A stretch of DNA of 64,000 nt from the NCBI RefSeq assembly GCF_000143415.4, contig NW_003314373.1:62001-126000 (forward strand), written 5' to 3'. Under the pieces are notes generated by a model, which saw only the letters and a list, made by a program, of their open reading frames with translations, did not search any database and was not told where the DNA came from. The position numbers were made by a program, and so were the translations under genes. Positions within the stretch are counted from its first letter, which is position 1; each line of letters begins with the position of its first letter. Below, piece after piece: positions 12,832 to 27,965 of this stretch. This stretch comes from Selaginella moellendorffii. Lineage: Eukaryota > Plantae > Lycopodiophyta.

Positions 12832-13341
12832 TTTGCGCCACAGAACTTACCGTGAGGACGATTTTCGTCTAACTTATTCGAGCCTATAAATAAGCCTGCT
12901 GCGAGCTGATGCCATTTAAGTTGTTTGTTTCTTGATTCGTCTCTAACTCGTTGATTGAAAAGTTTTAGGAAACGACGCTTGAACGACTTGTAAGTGCTCT
13001 CAAATTATCTGAACTTGTGTAAGTGCTCTCAAGTTTGAATCTCCTGAGACATGTTTCGTGTTCGTTTTCAGGGTATTTTCATCTCTGAAAGTCTAGAGTC
13101 GGAGCCTAGAGGTTCTCTTTGACGGACTTTCTTTCTGAAAGATCATTTTCCTTGCGGACTGGTGGATGAATAATTGTTTGGCTAGCAGCTTTGCAGTCTT
13201 CGCAAAGTGACAAAAAATTGGTGACAGCCGAAAGGTACCTTAGTGCCAAGTCTTTAGTTTTTTTTCTCTGACTCTTTATTCGACTGCTTCAAGCTTGAAC
13301 ACACAGATAAGGTTTTAGACGTTATAGTGAGACAAGACGAG

Positions 13342-15451
<2,110 letters not shown>

Positions 15452-15664
15452 GATATCACAAACTCTTATCTTTGGTTTTTTTTGCATATTAATTTCTTGC
15501 ATATTTCCTTACCCATGTTGACTATGGAGTGTGGGAATGTGGTTAAGATCCTCCTCTATAAAGCATTTTCAAGGTGGTATGGAAATCTCCTTGTTGGAAG
15601 GAAGATTCTCAAGTGTAGAACTTTTTGGGGAATGGCTTTTTGTTCCATGGTGCACAATTTAGAA

Positions 15665-16255
15665 TCAAGATTGACTTGGAACGTTTGGAAAAAGGATCCC
15701 ATAGGCTTTCATCAGCTCCACGCCTCTCTTCCTCTCTTCAATCGTCTCGAGCGGTGGCGACATCTCGAGTCCACTGCCGGAGCTAGCAGCTGTGCCAACG
15801 TCAAGAAACCACTGCTCAAATCCGCCAGGGGCGTAAGTCACAAGCATCCGGGCAGGCTTGTCAAGCTCGTTGGCGAAAGTATGAGGCACAAGGCGGGGGA
15901 GATGAGCAAAGGAGCCGCGCTTGGCGTGGAAACGCTCCACCCCAATTGTCCAAGTTAGCTCTCCATCAAGAACATACCAGCTCTCGTCCTCCCGGGTGTG
16001 GATGTGGAGGGGAGGCCCAGCTCCCGGGGGAACCAAATCCTCGAACAAGGCATAGGAGCTTGCGGTGGTCTCGTTCGCTAGAACTTTGAGAGTGACAAGA
16101 ACACCAAAAACCCAAAGGCTCAAGCCTCCACCTGGAATTCCAAGAAATGCTAGAGCTTCTCAGTGGATGAAAGCAGTACTACCTTCTTCCAGGACGCTGA
16201 TTTTTGCTGGAGACAAAGCTTGGAAAAGGCCGCCATCAATTGCCACTCGATCCAT
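15665..16255 (-). CDS. Cupin, bacterial quercetin 2,3-dioxygenase-like; two exons (16255-16183, 16131-15665)
   Basis: Cupin motif 1 PPLHIHTREDESWYVLDGEL and motif 2 GSFAHLPRLVPHTFAN. A GT-AG intron at ~16132-16182 joins VLEEG|GGLSLW in frame. Confidence 0.8.
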
Positions 16256-16355
16256 GGAAAGCAGGAAAAAGAAAATCACAGGCCAAGATAGATTTGACCA
16301 AGCTTTACATTTTGGGGCTCTTGAGCAAATAGATATCTTAGTATATTCCGTGGCT

Positions 16356-17424
16356 ATGGCGGGAGCAAGCGATCGGCCGCTGCGCGTCCTTTGCCTCCAC
16401 GGCTTCCGGACGAGCGCTCGGATCATGGAGAAGCAAGTCGGGCTGGCGCGCTGGGGAGCGCCCGTGATGGATCTCTTGAAGCTGGTAAGCTCTTTGTTTG
16501 TTTGGGCGATCTCGAAAGAGAGCGTCGATTCGTTTCAACTGATCCGGGGCTTTTGTGCTGTTTGATCCGGAGAGCTACTTGGATGCCCCATTTCCAGCCG
16601 AGGGCCCGTCCACTGTCCAGGGATTTTTCGAGCCGCCCTTCTACGAATGGTATCGTACAAACAATGTGAGATTTTTCCTAAGCTCATTCAAACCATAGCT
16701 GGATCTTCTTCTTCCTCTTGGCTTCTCTTTTCTAGGATTTTACCGAGTTCTATCAAGTCGAGGAGTGTATCTCTTACATCTCCGATTACATGAAGTCGCA
16801 CGGTCCATTCGATGGTTTGATGGGATTTTCACAGGTTTGGAGGAGCTCAAAGTGGGATTTTCACGAAGCGTTTTGCTTCTTTCAGGGGGCATTTCTCGCA
16901 GGACAACTAGCTGGATATCAGCGTTTGAAGGTGAATCATCGTAAAAGTTCTAAGATTGTTTCGCCAAAAACCTCTTTCTTTGCAGGAAGATCTTCTTCCT
17001 ACGCCGATCAAGTTTGTGATCTTGATCGGCGGAGGTATGTCTGGATACAAGCCCATGTCGGCGGCTTACGACACTCCAATCAAGTGTCCTTCGCTCCACA
17101 CAATCGGTAACGATGGATGATTCATGGCAAAAGCTCACCGATCGAGTGAAACGCTTTGAATCCACACAGGAAGGAAGGACTTTAATCGCCCGGCCGGGGA
17201 GACACTCGTGACAAAATTCGAGAACCCAGTGATCTTGAGGCATCCTCATGGTCATCGTGTTCCAGAGCTTGGTAAGATCAACATTTTCTTTGCTAGACAA
17301 ATCTTCGTTCATGTGCTCTCTAGACAACGACTCCATCGCCGAATTTCGATCCTTCCTTCTAAAGATGCTGGCTTTGCGAGACGAAGACGAAGATCCAAAG
17401 GAGCATTTGGAAAAATCCACTTGA
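16356..17424 (+). CDS. FSH1/OVCA2-family serine hydrolase (esterase), multi-exon
   Basis: LRVLCLHGFRTS, GPFDGLMGFSQG nucleophile elbow, PSLHTIG and HPHGHRVP. Confidence 0.9.
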
Positions 17425-17515
17425 ATGGTATCCACGCATCGTGGCCGTCCAAATTCAAACTTAGGGTTCTTAAAGTTAGGCGCCATTTCTTGTTGCTATG
17501 GGCATTTAGATTTGT

Positions 17516-19522
17516 ATGAATGTTCTTAGAAAGCAAAGCCAGGATGAGATCGCCTTCTTCGCTCAGCTCATCCGATCGCGAGGCGTGGGCAGGGATCTAT
17601 CCGAGGCGCTGCGCGTCCACTCGCAACTCCTTGGCTCGCCCCATCTCAGCAAGAACAGATTTCTCTCCAATCTCCTCGTCGAGATGTATGGAAAGTGTGG
17701 CAGCATTGACAGCGCGCGCGCTGTTTTCGATGGAATCCATGAGCCCAATAGCTTCTCCCACACGCTCATGGTCTCGGCGCTCGCGCACAACGCGCGAGTG
17801 GAAGAGGCGATGGCGCTGTTCTTGAGGATGGACGGCCGGGATGTCATACCATGGACGGCCATGATTGGTGGGTGCGCGATGGCGGGGGATCTTAAGCAGG
17901 CCAAGCACTTCTTTGATCGAATGCCACAATGGAACATCGTGTCGTGGAACGCGCTACTCCAGGCTTTTGCCACGAGTGGGGATTTTGCCAGTGCGATGGA
18001 AATCTTCGAAGCGATGCCGGAGAAAAACAACGTTTCCATCAACACCCTTTTGAGAAGCATGAACCAGCTTGGTTTTGGCGATTGGGCGATGACGATTTTC
18101 GAGAAAATGGAAAACCGAGACATCGTTTCGTGGACAGAGTTAGTATCGGCAAATGCCGCATGCGGGTATCTTGAGGATATGTGGCATATACTTAGAAAGA
18201 TGCCACAATGCGACGTCGTTGCGTGGACCGCCGTGCTAGTGGGTTTTGCGGAAAACGGTAATTTGGAATATGCTAGGGCAGTGCACGAAAAGATGCCCCA
18301 GCGTGACAACGTTGCGTGGAACGCGATGGTCCAAGCATATGCCCTTCGAGGGCAAATAGAGGAGGCACGGCTCATGTACGACCGTACGCCCAAGCACGAC
18401 GTTGTCTCGGCGACGCTCATGGTCTCGGCATATGCCCAGTACGGAGACGCCATAGAGGCTCAAAAGGTGTTTCGATCCATGAAGAAAACCAACGTTGTGT
18501 CTTGGAACGCAATGATCCAGGCTTACATCCATATCGGCGATTTGGAGGCCGCAAAATCGAGTTTTGATGAGATGCCACAGAGGGATGTCGTGTCGTGGAA
18601 TGCAATGGTTGCGGTCTTTGCTCAGAATGAGCAGCAGCTCCAAATCGCGAGGAGTTTCTTTGATCGTATGCCGCAAACGAATGTGATCTCCTGGAACACG
18701 ATCATGACGGCGGTCGCGAGCAGTGGACACTTGGAGGTCACTCTGGAGATCTTTGCGGGCATCCCACAGCGGAGCCTTGTGTCGTGGAATGCGATGGTCC
18801 AGGCGTATGCTCAAAACGGGCACATCGAACAAGCCCAGGAAACTTTTGATCTCATGTCGTGTAGAGACGTCTACTCGTGGAATCTGATCGTCGCCACTTA
18901 CAACATGGTGAAGAAACTCGATCAAGCGACCAGGTATTTCATGGAAATGCCCGAGGCCAACTTAGTCGCGCAAACAAACATGGTTTCGGCGTATGCCCAC
19001 AACGGACATCTCACAAAGGCCAGAGAGCTGTTTGATAGTATGAAGCAGCGCAACCTCCTTGCATGGACCACCATGCTCACGGGATATGCCCAAAGGGGGC
19101 ATACCAGCGAAGCCTTTGAGCTCTTCCATCTCATGGGACTGGAAGGGATCGAGCCCGACGAGCTCGCATTCATCGCGGTTCTCACGGCACACAGCCATGT
19201 CGGACTCCTCAAAGAGGGTCTCGAGTGTTTCAAGTCGATGATCGGGGACAGGAAAGTCTCCCCAGTTCTCCAACACTACCACTCCATACTTGATCTCCTG
19301 GGCCGCGCGGGAGAGATTGTGGAAGCCGAGAACTTGATCTACTCCATGCCATTTCTCCCGGACGAGGTCTCGTGGACGATCTTGCTGGGAGCTTGTCGAG
19401 TCCACCGCGATTCCAAGCGAGCCAAAGAGATCGCAGATACGATGATGAATGTGGATCCATCAAAGGGCGCTTCGTACGTGCTCTTGTCAAACGCTGTTGT
19501 GGATCATTCCCGCCATCTATGA
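17516..19522 (+). CDS. PLS-class PPR protein with a long array of short (31-aa) repeats and a C-terminal E-like region; no DYW domain
   Basis: Repeated FDRMP.RDVVSWNAM..AYAQNG units and a terminal HY..ILDLLGRAG...A..LI.SMPF.PD.VSW..LLGAC..H segment. Confidence 0.93.
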   Translation: MNVLRKQSQDEIAFFAQLIRSRGVGRDLSEALRVHSQLLGSPHLSKNRFLSNLLVEMYGKCGSIDSARAVFDGIHEPNSFSHTLMVSALAHNARVEEAMALFLRMDGRDVIPWTAMIGGCAMAGDLKQAKHFFDRMPQWNIVSWNALLQAFATSGDFASAMEIFEAMPEKNNVSINTLLRSMNQLGFGDWAMTIFEKMENRDIVSWTELVSANAACGYLEDMWHILRKMPQCDVVAWTAVLVGFAENGNLEYARAVHEKMPQRDNVAWNAMVQAYALRGQIEEARLMYDRTPKHDVVSATLMVSAYAQYGDAIEAQKVFRSMKKTNVVSWNAMIQAYIHIGDLEAAKSSFDEMPQRDVVSWNAMVAVFAQNEQQLQIARSFFDRMPQTNVISWNTIMTAVASSGHLEVTLEIFAGIPQRSLVSWNAMVQAYAQNGHIEQAQETFDLMSCRDVYSWNLIVATYNMVKKLDQATRYFMEMPEANLVAQTNMVSAYAHNGHLTKARELFDSMKQRNLLAWTTMLTGYAQRGHTSEAFELFHLMGLEGIEPDELAFIAVLTAHSHVGLLKEGLECFKSMIGDRKVSPVLQHYHSILDLLGRAGEIVEAENLIYSMPFLPDEVSWTILLGACRVHRDSKRAKEIADTMMNVDPSKGASYVLLSNAVVDHSRHL

Positions 19523-19653
19523 TTGTAAATGCAAGAACTTTTTTAGTCAACGCACAGCGACTTAAAAAAGTCCCAAGTGTTTGACTTTTCACTGCTGGGT
19601 GGCCTGGTCAACTTATCCTCTGGCCGGCATTTGACTTTTAAGCTCTTGACCAA

Positions 19654-19727
19654 GTCTGGGTGGTGTAGTTGGTCATCACGCTAGTCTCACACACTAGAGG
19701 GCCCCGGTTCGAACCCGGGCCCAGACA
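19654..19727 (+). tRNA. trnV-CAC: tRNA-Val(CAC)
   Basis: GTCTGGG/CCCAGAC acceptor stem, CTAGT-CTCACAC-ACTAG anticodon arm and GGTTCGAACCC T-loop. A CAA lies upstream and an oligo-T terminator at ~19743-19748. Confidence 0.96.
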
Positions 19728-20079
19728 CTCCCTCTCGCCCACTTTTTTGTCGTCATGCCAGCTCAGCAACCAGCAGCCACCTAATTGACAAAGCTCCTCT
19801 TGCCTTGATTAAAAGCTTGGTTTCCCATTGATGCCAAGGCTGTTAGTTAAGCGACTTTGTCCACACGGTTTGTGGAGGATCCTTTCTGGGAATTAACCGG
19901 CTAGGAGTTCTAGTAGCGCTGTAGTTTAGTTAGCTAGCGTCGCGAGTCGCGATAAGAGAGAAAGAGAGGGAAAGAGAGGAAAGTATAGCGTTCTTTAGCT
20001 AGGGTTCTTACAATCTTCCATTCTTTCTTCCAGCTACTTGCAATTGGAGCGCTGGAGCGAATTGCCTAGCGCGATTTGG

Positions 20080-20445
20080 ATGGGGCATTTGCAGGGATTT
20101 GTGTTCTTGATCGTCGCATTGCTTCTTCTTGCTCAATCCAGGGCCGAAATATTGTCCGGGCATGCCGATGTGCTCGTCGGGATGATTCGAAAGCCTTGCC
20201 AGGGCCGCATTGGAGAGTGTAGCGACGACGAATTCGAGCTGAGCTCGCCGCTACTCCGGCGCCTCCTCCAGCAGCGGCAAAAGCAGTACATCAGCTATGG
20301 CTCGCTCCAGGCCGATAGGGTTCCTTGCCCGCCGGGCTCCGGGCGCTCCTACTACACCAACAATTGCAACAGAGCCACCGGCGCGGCAAACCCTACGCAG
20401 CGCGGCTGCTCCACAATCACTCGCTGTCAGCGAGACACAGGCTAG
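20080..20445 (+). CDS. RALF: RALF (rapid alkalinization factor) peptide precursor
   Basis: Signal peptide, RRLL S1P cleavage site, YISY motif and four conserved cysteines (VPC...SYY..NC...RGCS.ITRC). Confidence 0.95.
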   Translation: MGHLQGFVFLIVALLLLAQSRAEILSGHADVLVGMIRKPCQGRIGECSDDEFELSSPLLRRLLQQRQKQYISYGSLQADRVPCPPGSGRSYYTNNCNRATGAANPTQRGCSTITRCQRDTG

Positions 20446-21380
20446 CGGCGTCGCGGAATCGATTTGCGGAGGTATGGTGGGCGAAATTCCTTTCGATTGC
20501 TAGCTCTGGAAGAGAATTCTCTCTCGCCTCCTCTTCTATCTCCTATATCTTCTTCGATTCCTGGGTATGGCGAGGGAAGTAAAGATTCTTTGGGCTTGTA
20601 CTACTGGCTGGCTTAATAATCTTCTTCACGACCACATTGTTGGAGATCGAGTGTGTCTATATGATCATACGTTCTTCTTCATCACTAATAAAGAACTCCT
20701 TCTTCGTTGTCTCGCTTGAAATTTCATAGCTCTTCTGGATCGATCGATTGATCGAGCGAGAGAAAGTTCTCGCTACCCGGCCGATCGATCTAACAATCCA
20801 ACAACCAAGAGAGAGACGTTCTTCCTTTCACTCTCGAGCTAGTTTTTTAAGAAATGCGGGCCCTGGATTGTCAGCGCTAGTGGGTTGATCCATCCCATCC
20901 CACAGTCCCACTGCCAAGGGTTCTTCCACCACGAAAAACAAAGAAGTTCCAGTTCCCGGAACTCGAACCCGCGTCCATCCAAACGCTGGCTTTTTCTTTC
21001 ACACTGCCAGCGCGGACGCCCTCTGACGCGTCAGCCACGCAAAGACCACGTCAGCACACCTTCTGCCCTACGCTGTTGTAGTGCTGGTTCTTCGAGGATC
21101 TGGGGCGTGGAGCGCTTCCCTCGCGGCGGCATTGCGTCGCGCTTGGAAATATGGAGCGGGGAGCGCGGATTTGAGGTCTTTGATGGCGCATCTGAGCTAG
21201 GTTAGAGTCGCGCGTCCAGGATCTGGCAGCGGGCGCTACAGCGGTCGCCAATTCCTGGCTCAACGTGGATGGAATCCAATGCAACTCCAGGGATTGTTTC
21301 GTCGCGGTGAGAGGCGGCATAGCGGCGTGTATGGCAGCAACGGATTGAAGAGCGCTGGGGAGGCTGCGGGTGGGGCGACA

Positions 21381-24300
21381 ATGCATTTCTCCAAGCTGGA
21401 GGACTCTCCAATGTTTCGGAAACAGGTCAGATCAGCGAAGATTGTTTGCTCTCCTTTTCTAGTGTCGCTTTTTTTCTTCTTTTTTTTTTCTTCGTTTAGA
21501 TCCAAGCATTGGAGGAGAGCGCCGAAGCATTGAGGGAGCGATGCCAGAAATTTTTCAAAGGCTCGCGCAAGTATACGTAAGCCCACTCTACCGAGTAACT
21601 GTGTTCCATGTTCAATCCGGTCTTTGTTTCTCTTTTTTTCCTACAGTGAAGGACTCGGTGAAGCGTACGATGGAGATATCGCTTTTGCCAGTGCTTTGGA
21701 AACATTTGGTGGCGGGCATGATGATCCCATTAGCGTCGCTGTTGGAGGTACTACGAGTGCTGTTCTTGTTGTAATCAGCTTAGTTCATTTTTTCTTTCGT
21801 GCTAGGTCCGGTTATGACGAAGTTTACCATTGCCCTGCGAGAGATTGGAACGTACAAAGAAGTTTTACGATCACAAGTAAGAGGTGCTGTTTTCTTGTGA
21901 ACGACTGCCTTGTTCCATCTCATATTCTCATCGATGTATGATAGGTGGAGCATATGTTGAATGATCGGCTCGTGCAATTCGCGAGCATCGATCTGCAAGA
22001 TGTCAAGGTTTTGCTTTTGAAGGGTATGTTAGATGGAACTGATGGTGATCGCTGCAGGATGTCAGAAAACGTTTTGACAAAGCAAGCCTTCACTATGATC
22101 AGGTTTGTACTTTGAGCGTTCTCCTTGTTGGTAAACTCATAATCCACCTGCAGGTCCGGGAAAAGTTCCTGTCATTAAGAAAGGACGCTAAATCAGATGT
22201 TGTGGCTGATGCGGAAGAGGTACATGTCTTTGTGCGGGAAGCTGAGTTCTAACTTTTTCTTTACTTCAGGATTTACGGACTGCCCGGACTTTGTTTGAGC
22301 AAGCTCGGTTTAATTTGGTATGTTTTCCCCGTTTATTAGCGAGGAGTTTTAAGCTGTGGTTGTATCAGGTTACAGCACTGTCGAACATTGAGGCCAAAAA
22401 GAAGTTTGAGTTCCTAGAAGCCGTCAGTGGCTCAATGGATGCACATCTTCGATACTTCAAGCAGGTACGTACGGTTCCTTAGAATTACTGGAGAACCAAT
22501 TACCATATTTTTTAATCGTCAGGGGTATGAACTCCTCCATCAAATGGAGCCTTACATCCATCAGGTAAAATTTTTAGTTTTTTGTTCTATCTTTGAAGTT
22601 AAGTGGTTTTATCTAGGTGTTGACCTATGCACAACAATCAAGGGAGAGAGCAAACTATGAACAAGCAGCGCTTGCAGATAGAATGCAGGAGTATCGAAGA
22701 CAGATGGAACGCGAGACTCAAAATGCTTCCAGCGAGCATGATGTTATAAGCGCTGCTGACGGAATTCAGGCCATTGGAAGGAGCTCCCACAAGTACATCG
22801 AGGCAGTTATGCAATCCGCATCACGGGGAAAGGTATGGGCAGCTTTCAACTTTTGTTCCTTCGTAACAGGTGTGGTGTCATTGCAGGTTCAACCTATAAA
22901 GCAAGGCTACCTACTTAAGCGTTCTTCAAATTTGCGTGGAGACTGGAAAAGGCGTTTCTTTGTTCTGGATAGCCGTGGAATGCTGTACTATTACCGTAAA
23001 CAATGGGGCAAGCCCACTGTAAGAACTTCTAATGTAGGATTCTTTTGGTTCATACATGAAGCGTAACCTGACATCTTTTCGTGCAGGACGATAAAACCAT
23101 TGCTCATCATACAGTAAATTTATTGACATCAACTATTAAGATGGACGCTGAGCAGAGCGATCTACGGTTTTGCTTTCGAATAATATCACCTTCGAAGAGT
23201 TACACGCTACAGGTAACTGTCTTCCACTCTATCGTTTTAGCTCTACTGTGTGTGTCTTCGACAGGCTGAAAATGGCATGGATCGAATGGATTGGATGGAT
23301 AAAATCACTGGAGTGATTGCCTCTCTCTTGAATTCCCAGGTCACGGAACAGGTATGGTATTTTCACATTTGGTTTTTATTTACTTATTTATTTATTTGTT
23401 CCAGCCTAGAAGTCCATTGAACAACTTCCATCAGCGGTCGCCCAGTGAAAGCAGCTCCGTGAGTGCTTCCTCCGACTTCGAGCATTCTATCGGGGACGAT
23501 ATCAAGTTTTCCAGACGTGACCGCATGTACCATAACCTTGAGCTACAAGAACGGCCTCTAGACATATTGCGACGGGTTTCTGGGAACGAGTTTTGTGCGG
23601 ACTGTGGGGCTGCTGACCCCGATTGGGCTTCCTTGAACTTGGGAATACTTATTTGTATCGAGTGCTCTGGTGTACACCGAAATCTCGGCGTGCATTTGTC
23701 AAAGGTACTTGGCGTTGATATAAACTTTTGTCTCTTATGTTTGTCGTGCAGGTGCGTTCCCTGACACTTGATGTCCGGGTGTGGGAGCCATCAGTAATTG
23801 GATTGTTTCAATCTATTGGAAACGCCTTCGCCAATTCAATGTGGGAAGAACAGCTTCCAAAGTGGGAAGGGGAACGTAGCCGGAACAACAAAAATGCCTT
23901 GACTGCGGGTTCTGCAACTGAGAGGTATAACCATCTCTTGTTTCCAAGAACAAGCTTTTCCATTGTTTGTCTTTGCAGAACCGATATGAAGGTGAAGCCG
24001 GATGCGAGGGATCCTTTGGCTGTCAAGGAGAAGTTCATCTTTGCGAAGGTAAGAACGGATTCAAACTATAGATGTTCACTGTGGAAATTGCAGTACGTGG
24101 AGAAGCGTTTTGTCGTAAAGATGAAGCTGGATCCTCGTGGTCCCAGCGTTGCTCGCCGAATCTGGGATGCAGTTCAAGCCAACAACAAGCAGTCAATCGT
24201 TCGTCTGCTTATCAACGGAGACGCTGATGCAAACACCACGTACGAACTCGCGTTTGAAACAACCGCTGGAAAACAAACAGTCAAAGGGGGGCCGAGTCCG

Positions 24301-24765
24301 AGTCCGAGCAGCAGCCTGGATTCACTCAGACTGTCGGAGGCGGCACCGAGCTCCATTTCGGGAAAAGCTGGAGCTCTCACACTCAGCAGTGACTCTGGAG
24401 TCGAAAATCTTCGAGGCCAGACACTACTCCAACAAGCTTGCCAGGTTGGGGACTTGAGCACGGTAGAACTTCTACTCCAACATGGAGCACAGGTGAACAC
24501 CAAGGACGGAATCGGGAGAACTCCTCTCCATTTTTGCGTGGAGTGTGGAAGGAACTTATGTGCAAAGCTACTTCTATCCAGGTGAAACTCTTTCAATGGT
24601 TCTAGCTGTGATCTTACTGGCAGTTTTTCTTTCTCTTGTGTTTGTAGAGGAGCCAATCCCGCTGCTGTTGATAGAGCAGGGAAAACTCCATTAGAAGTAG
24701 CTATGGAGCTCGGGGCCGTGACAGACGAAGAGCTCTTCGTGATGTTATCAGAGTCGAGCCGTTGA
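21381..24765 (+). CDS. ACAP-type ARF-GAP (BAR-PH-ArfGAP-ankyrin; AGD1-4/VAN3-like), many exons
   Basis: [15 protein letters not shown] start, PH motif [23 protein letters not shown], ArfGAP zinc finger [29 protein letters not shown], and ankyrin repeats. Confidence 0.95.
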
Positions 24766-25286
24766 TGCTTGGTGTGCCGGTGATCCAACGGTGGAGAGTG
24801 TACAAGGTATATGCTTTTGAAAATATTCCCTCCCAGGGTGGCATATTCGCATGTGCTTCGCGCGAACACGCCGGCGGAAACCGTCCTCTTCTCGCCCGTA
24901 CGTACGGGCCACCTCGCCACCACAAACGCAAAGTTTGGCCCCTAGTGGTGGCCAGGCCACTATTAGTGGCCATGGCGATCTCACTTAGAACCCTAAAAGA
25001 AGGCACAGGGAGAGAGAGAAAGCCCTTGCTCTTGGCGGATTCTGGCGCTCCGCGTGGAATGCTGGCAATGGCGCTGGCGCTCGGGATTTGGATTCCAATG
25101 TGAGTGCTCCGCATTGCCGCATTGCGGCATTCCAGCATTGGTCCGCTAGGAATCTCTCTCGAAATATTGCCTGATCGGGGTATTTGCTGTGGATTTTGCA
25201 GCGTCCAGGGCGGGCAAGGTGAGATCCGAGAGGGTTATGGTTTCCTGCGGTGATTCTTCCCAGCTATCGATTGGATCCTCGGCCGG

Positions 25287-27965
25287 ATGACCGCCGCTGT
25301 GGTGTCAATGGCGGCAGTGCAAAGCGCTCCAGATATTTCCAGGACTCGTGCGTTTGCCTGTGGAGGGGCGGTGTTCTTCTCTCCCGGACCATCTTGCGCC
25401 AGCTGCAATGTGTTCTACAGTAGGAGTATGGTGTCGCATTTTGATGGGCTCAAGGCGGTGGGATTGGTAGGATCAAACAAGCTCGCGGCGACCAGGCATG
25501 AGATCAAGAGGATTGTTCCACGGAACAAACGGAAGGGGGTGATTGTGTGTGGGATGAACTTGGTCTTTGTTGCCGCGGAAGTTTCTCCTTGGAGCAAGAC
25601 TGGCGGGCTTGGAGATGTCATGGGAGGCCTTCCTCCAGCCATGGCGGTAAGCGATTTGTTTCTTTTCTTTCCTTTTTTCTGCCTGTCCTCGTTTTCTTAC
25701 GTGCACTATCAGCTGATTTACAGGCTCGTGGTCACCGCGTCATGACTGTTGCACCGAGATACGATCAATACAAAGATGCCTGGGACACAAGTACTACACT
25801 TGCGGTGGGATGTTTTGGTGTTCTTTGCACTTTTACGAGATTTTCTTACTTTTTTATAAATTTTATCACAGATTAAAGTTGGCGACAGGACAGAGATTGT
25901 ACGCTATTTCCATGTCTTTAAAAGGGGTGTAGATCGTGTTTTTGTGGACCACCCATTGTTTCTGGCAAAGGTATTCGACGATTCCTTCACGAAAGAGACT
26001 ATAGCTGAAAAGTAAGTGTGCTGGCAGGTGTGGGGGAAAACAGGTGGTAAAATCTATGGTCCCGAAGCCGGAGAAGACTATCACGATAATCAACTTCGAT
26101 TTAGCTTGCTAGCACAGGTCTGTCCCCGTTCTGAAAGCAAAACTTGATTTTCTTTTAGTCTTTCAGGCAGCAATCGAAGCATGTCGTGTGTTGAATCTTA
26201 CAGCCAATGAATATTTCAGCGGACCATACGGTAAGACAAATGCTTTTCTTGAACCTGTGTTGGTTTTTATCTGAGCTCTTACAGGTGAGAATGTAGTTTT
26301 CATTGCAAACGACTGGCATACTGCCGTGCTGGCGTGCTACTTGAAGGCCAACTATAAGTCTCGTGGCATGTTTGCCTCTGCTAAGGTTTCTTTACAAGGC
26401 TTACATGTGTTCTCTGAATTCTAAAATAACGCCTTCGTATTCAGGTAGCGTTTTGTGTACACAACATTGCCTATCAAGGCAGGTTTGCCTATCAAGACTA
26501 TGACTTGCTGAATCTTCCAGATGAATATGAGGAGTCCTTCGATTTTATCGACGGGTAAGACTTATCATTCTTTTCTATCCTCCTTTGTTTCTTCTGAAGT
26601 ACAAAACATTTCCTTTCAGCTACGACAAACCAGTTAAGGGCCGGAAAATTAACTGGATGAAGGCTGGCTTTCTTCATTCAGACATTGTTCTTACTGTCAG
26701 TCCAAACTATGCTCGCGAGCTGATTTCTGGCCCCGAAAAAGGAGTGGAACTGGACGACATAGGCAGGAAAACCTGTATATGGGGCATTGTGAATGGGATG
26801 GACGTACAAGAATGGGATCCCTCTGCGGACAAGTTCCTCGCCGTCCGGTATAACTTGAACACGGTATGGATTCAGCTTGTCATGGTCTTGGAAATGCTCA
26901 CATTGTGCAATATATACAGGTCTCGGAGGCAAAACCACTGTTGAAAGAAGCGTTGCAGGCCGAGGTTGGCCTGCCTATAAACCCGGACGTCCCAGTTATT
27001 GGCTTCATTGGAAGGCTAGAAGAGCAAAAAGGGTCAGACATACTTGCAGAAGCAGTGGCCGATTTTATAGACGAAGACGTGCAACTGATTGTGCTGGTTT
27101 GTAGTTTTTTCATGGTATTTGCAAGCCTGCTTATGCGTGTGTTGGTACAGGGTACCGGGAAGAAAACATATGAAGAGCAGCTGAAGCAGTTGGAAATCAA
27201 TTATCCCAACAAGGTTCGGGGGGTGGCCAAGTTCAACGTTCCTTTGGCACACATGATCACCGCCGGGGCAGACTTCATGATTGTTCCCAGCAGATTTGAG
27301 CCATGCGGACTCATCCAGCTTCACGCAATGCGATATGGAACGGTAAGCGCGTTAACCGAAGACTTCTCTCCCTTCCAAGTTCCTTCTTTACAAGTGTGTA
27401 TAGCTGAGCGAAATGGTCGTCGTTTAGTTTAGAATGGGAGGAATCGTTTACTTCTAGCGCTCTAATGCATAGTTTTTTATATATGCAGATACCTATAGTC
27501 TCATCCACAGGCGGTTTGGTTGATACTGTCAAAGAAGGTTTCACAGGTTTCCACATGGGTGCGTTTAACGTTCACGTAAGAAAACTCTCAAACTCTTTTT
27601 TCTTTCTTTATTTTTTTCCCTCCAGTTTGCAACGCTTGAGTTACATGCATGCAGTGCGACACCATCGATCCTCTCGACGTTGTTGCGCTCGCAGCGACAG
27701 TGAAGCGAGCGACCCGAGCGTACAAGACGCCGAGCTTTCGCACCATGATCCAAGCTTGCATGTCACAGGATCTGTCATGGAAGGTATTGTTCTTGGCTCT
27801 CTTTTTCTTTTCTTTTTTTCTTGCTCGATTCAGCGTGAGTTCTATCAGGGTCCTGCGAGGAGATGGGAGGAAGTGCTTCTCAACCTTGGAGTGGAAGGCA
27901 GCCGTGCAGGCCAGGAGGGAGAGGAGATTGCTCCTCAGGCAAAATATAATCTGGCCACTCCATAA
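25287..27965 (+). CDS. GBSS: Granule-bound starch synthase, multi-exon (probable 5'UTR intron ~25219-25263)
   Basis: Transit peptide ending [58 protein letters not shown] and a terminal LATP. Confidence 0.96.

Noticed and set aside
17563-19405. Long antisense ORFs over PPR and kinase genes (also 6168-6782, 33534-34196, 41715-42365)
   Set aside because: They are shadows of GC-rich coding sequence with no recognisable motifs.
20955-20980. B-box-like GGTTCGAGTTCC on the minus strand
   Set aside because: No cloverleaf or A-box is recognisable around it.
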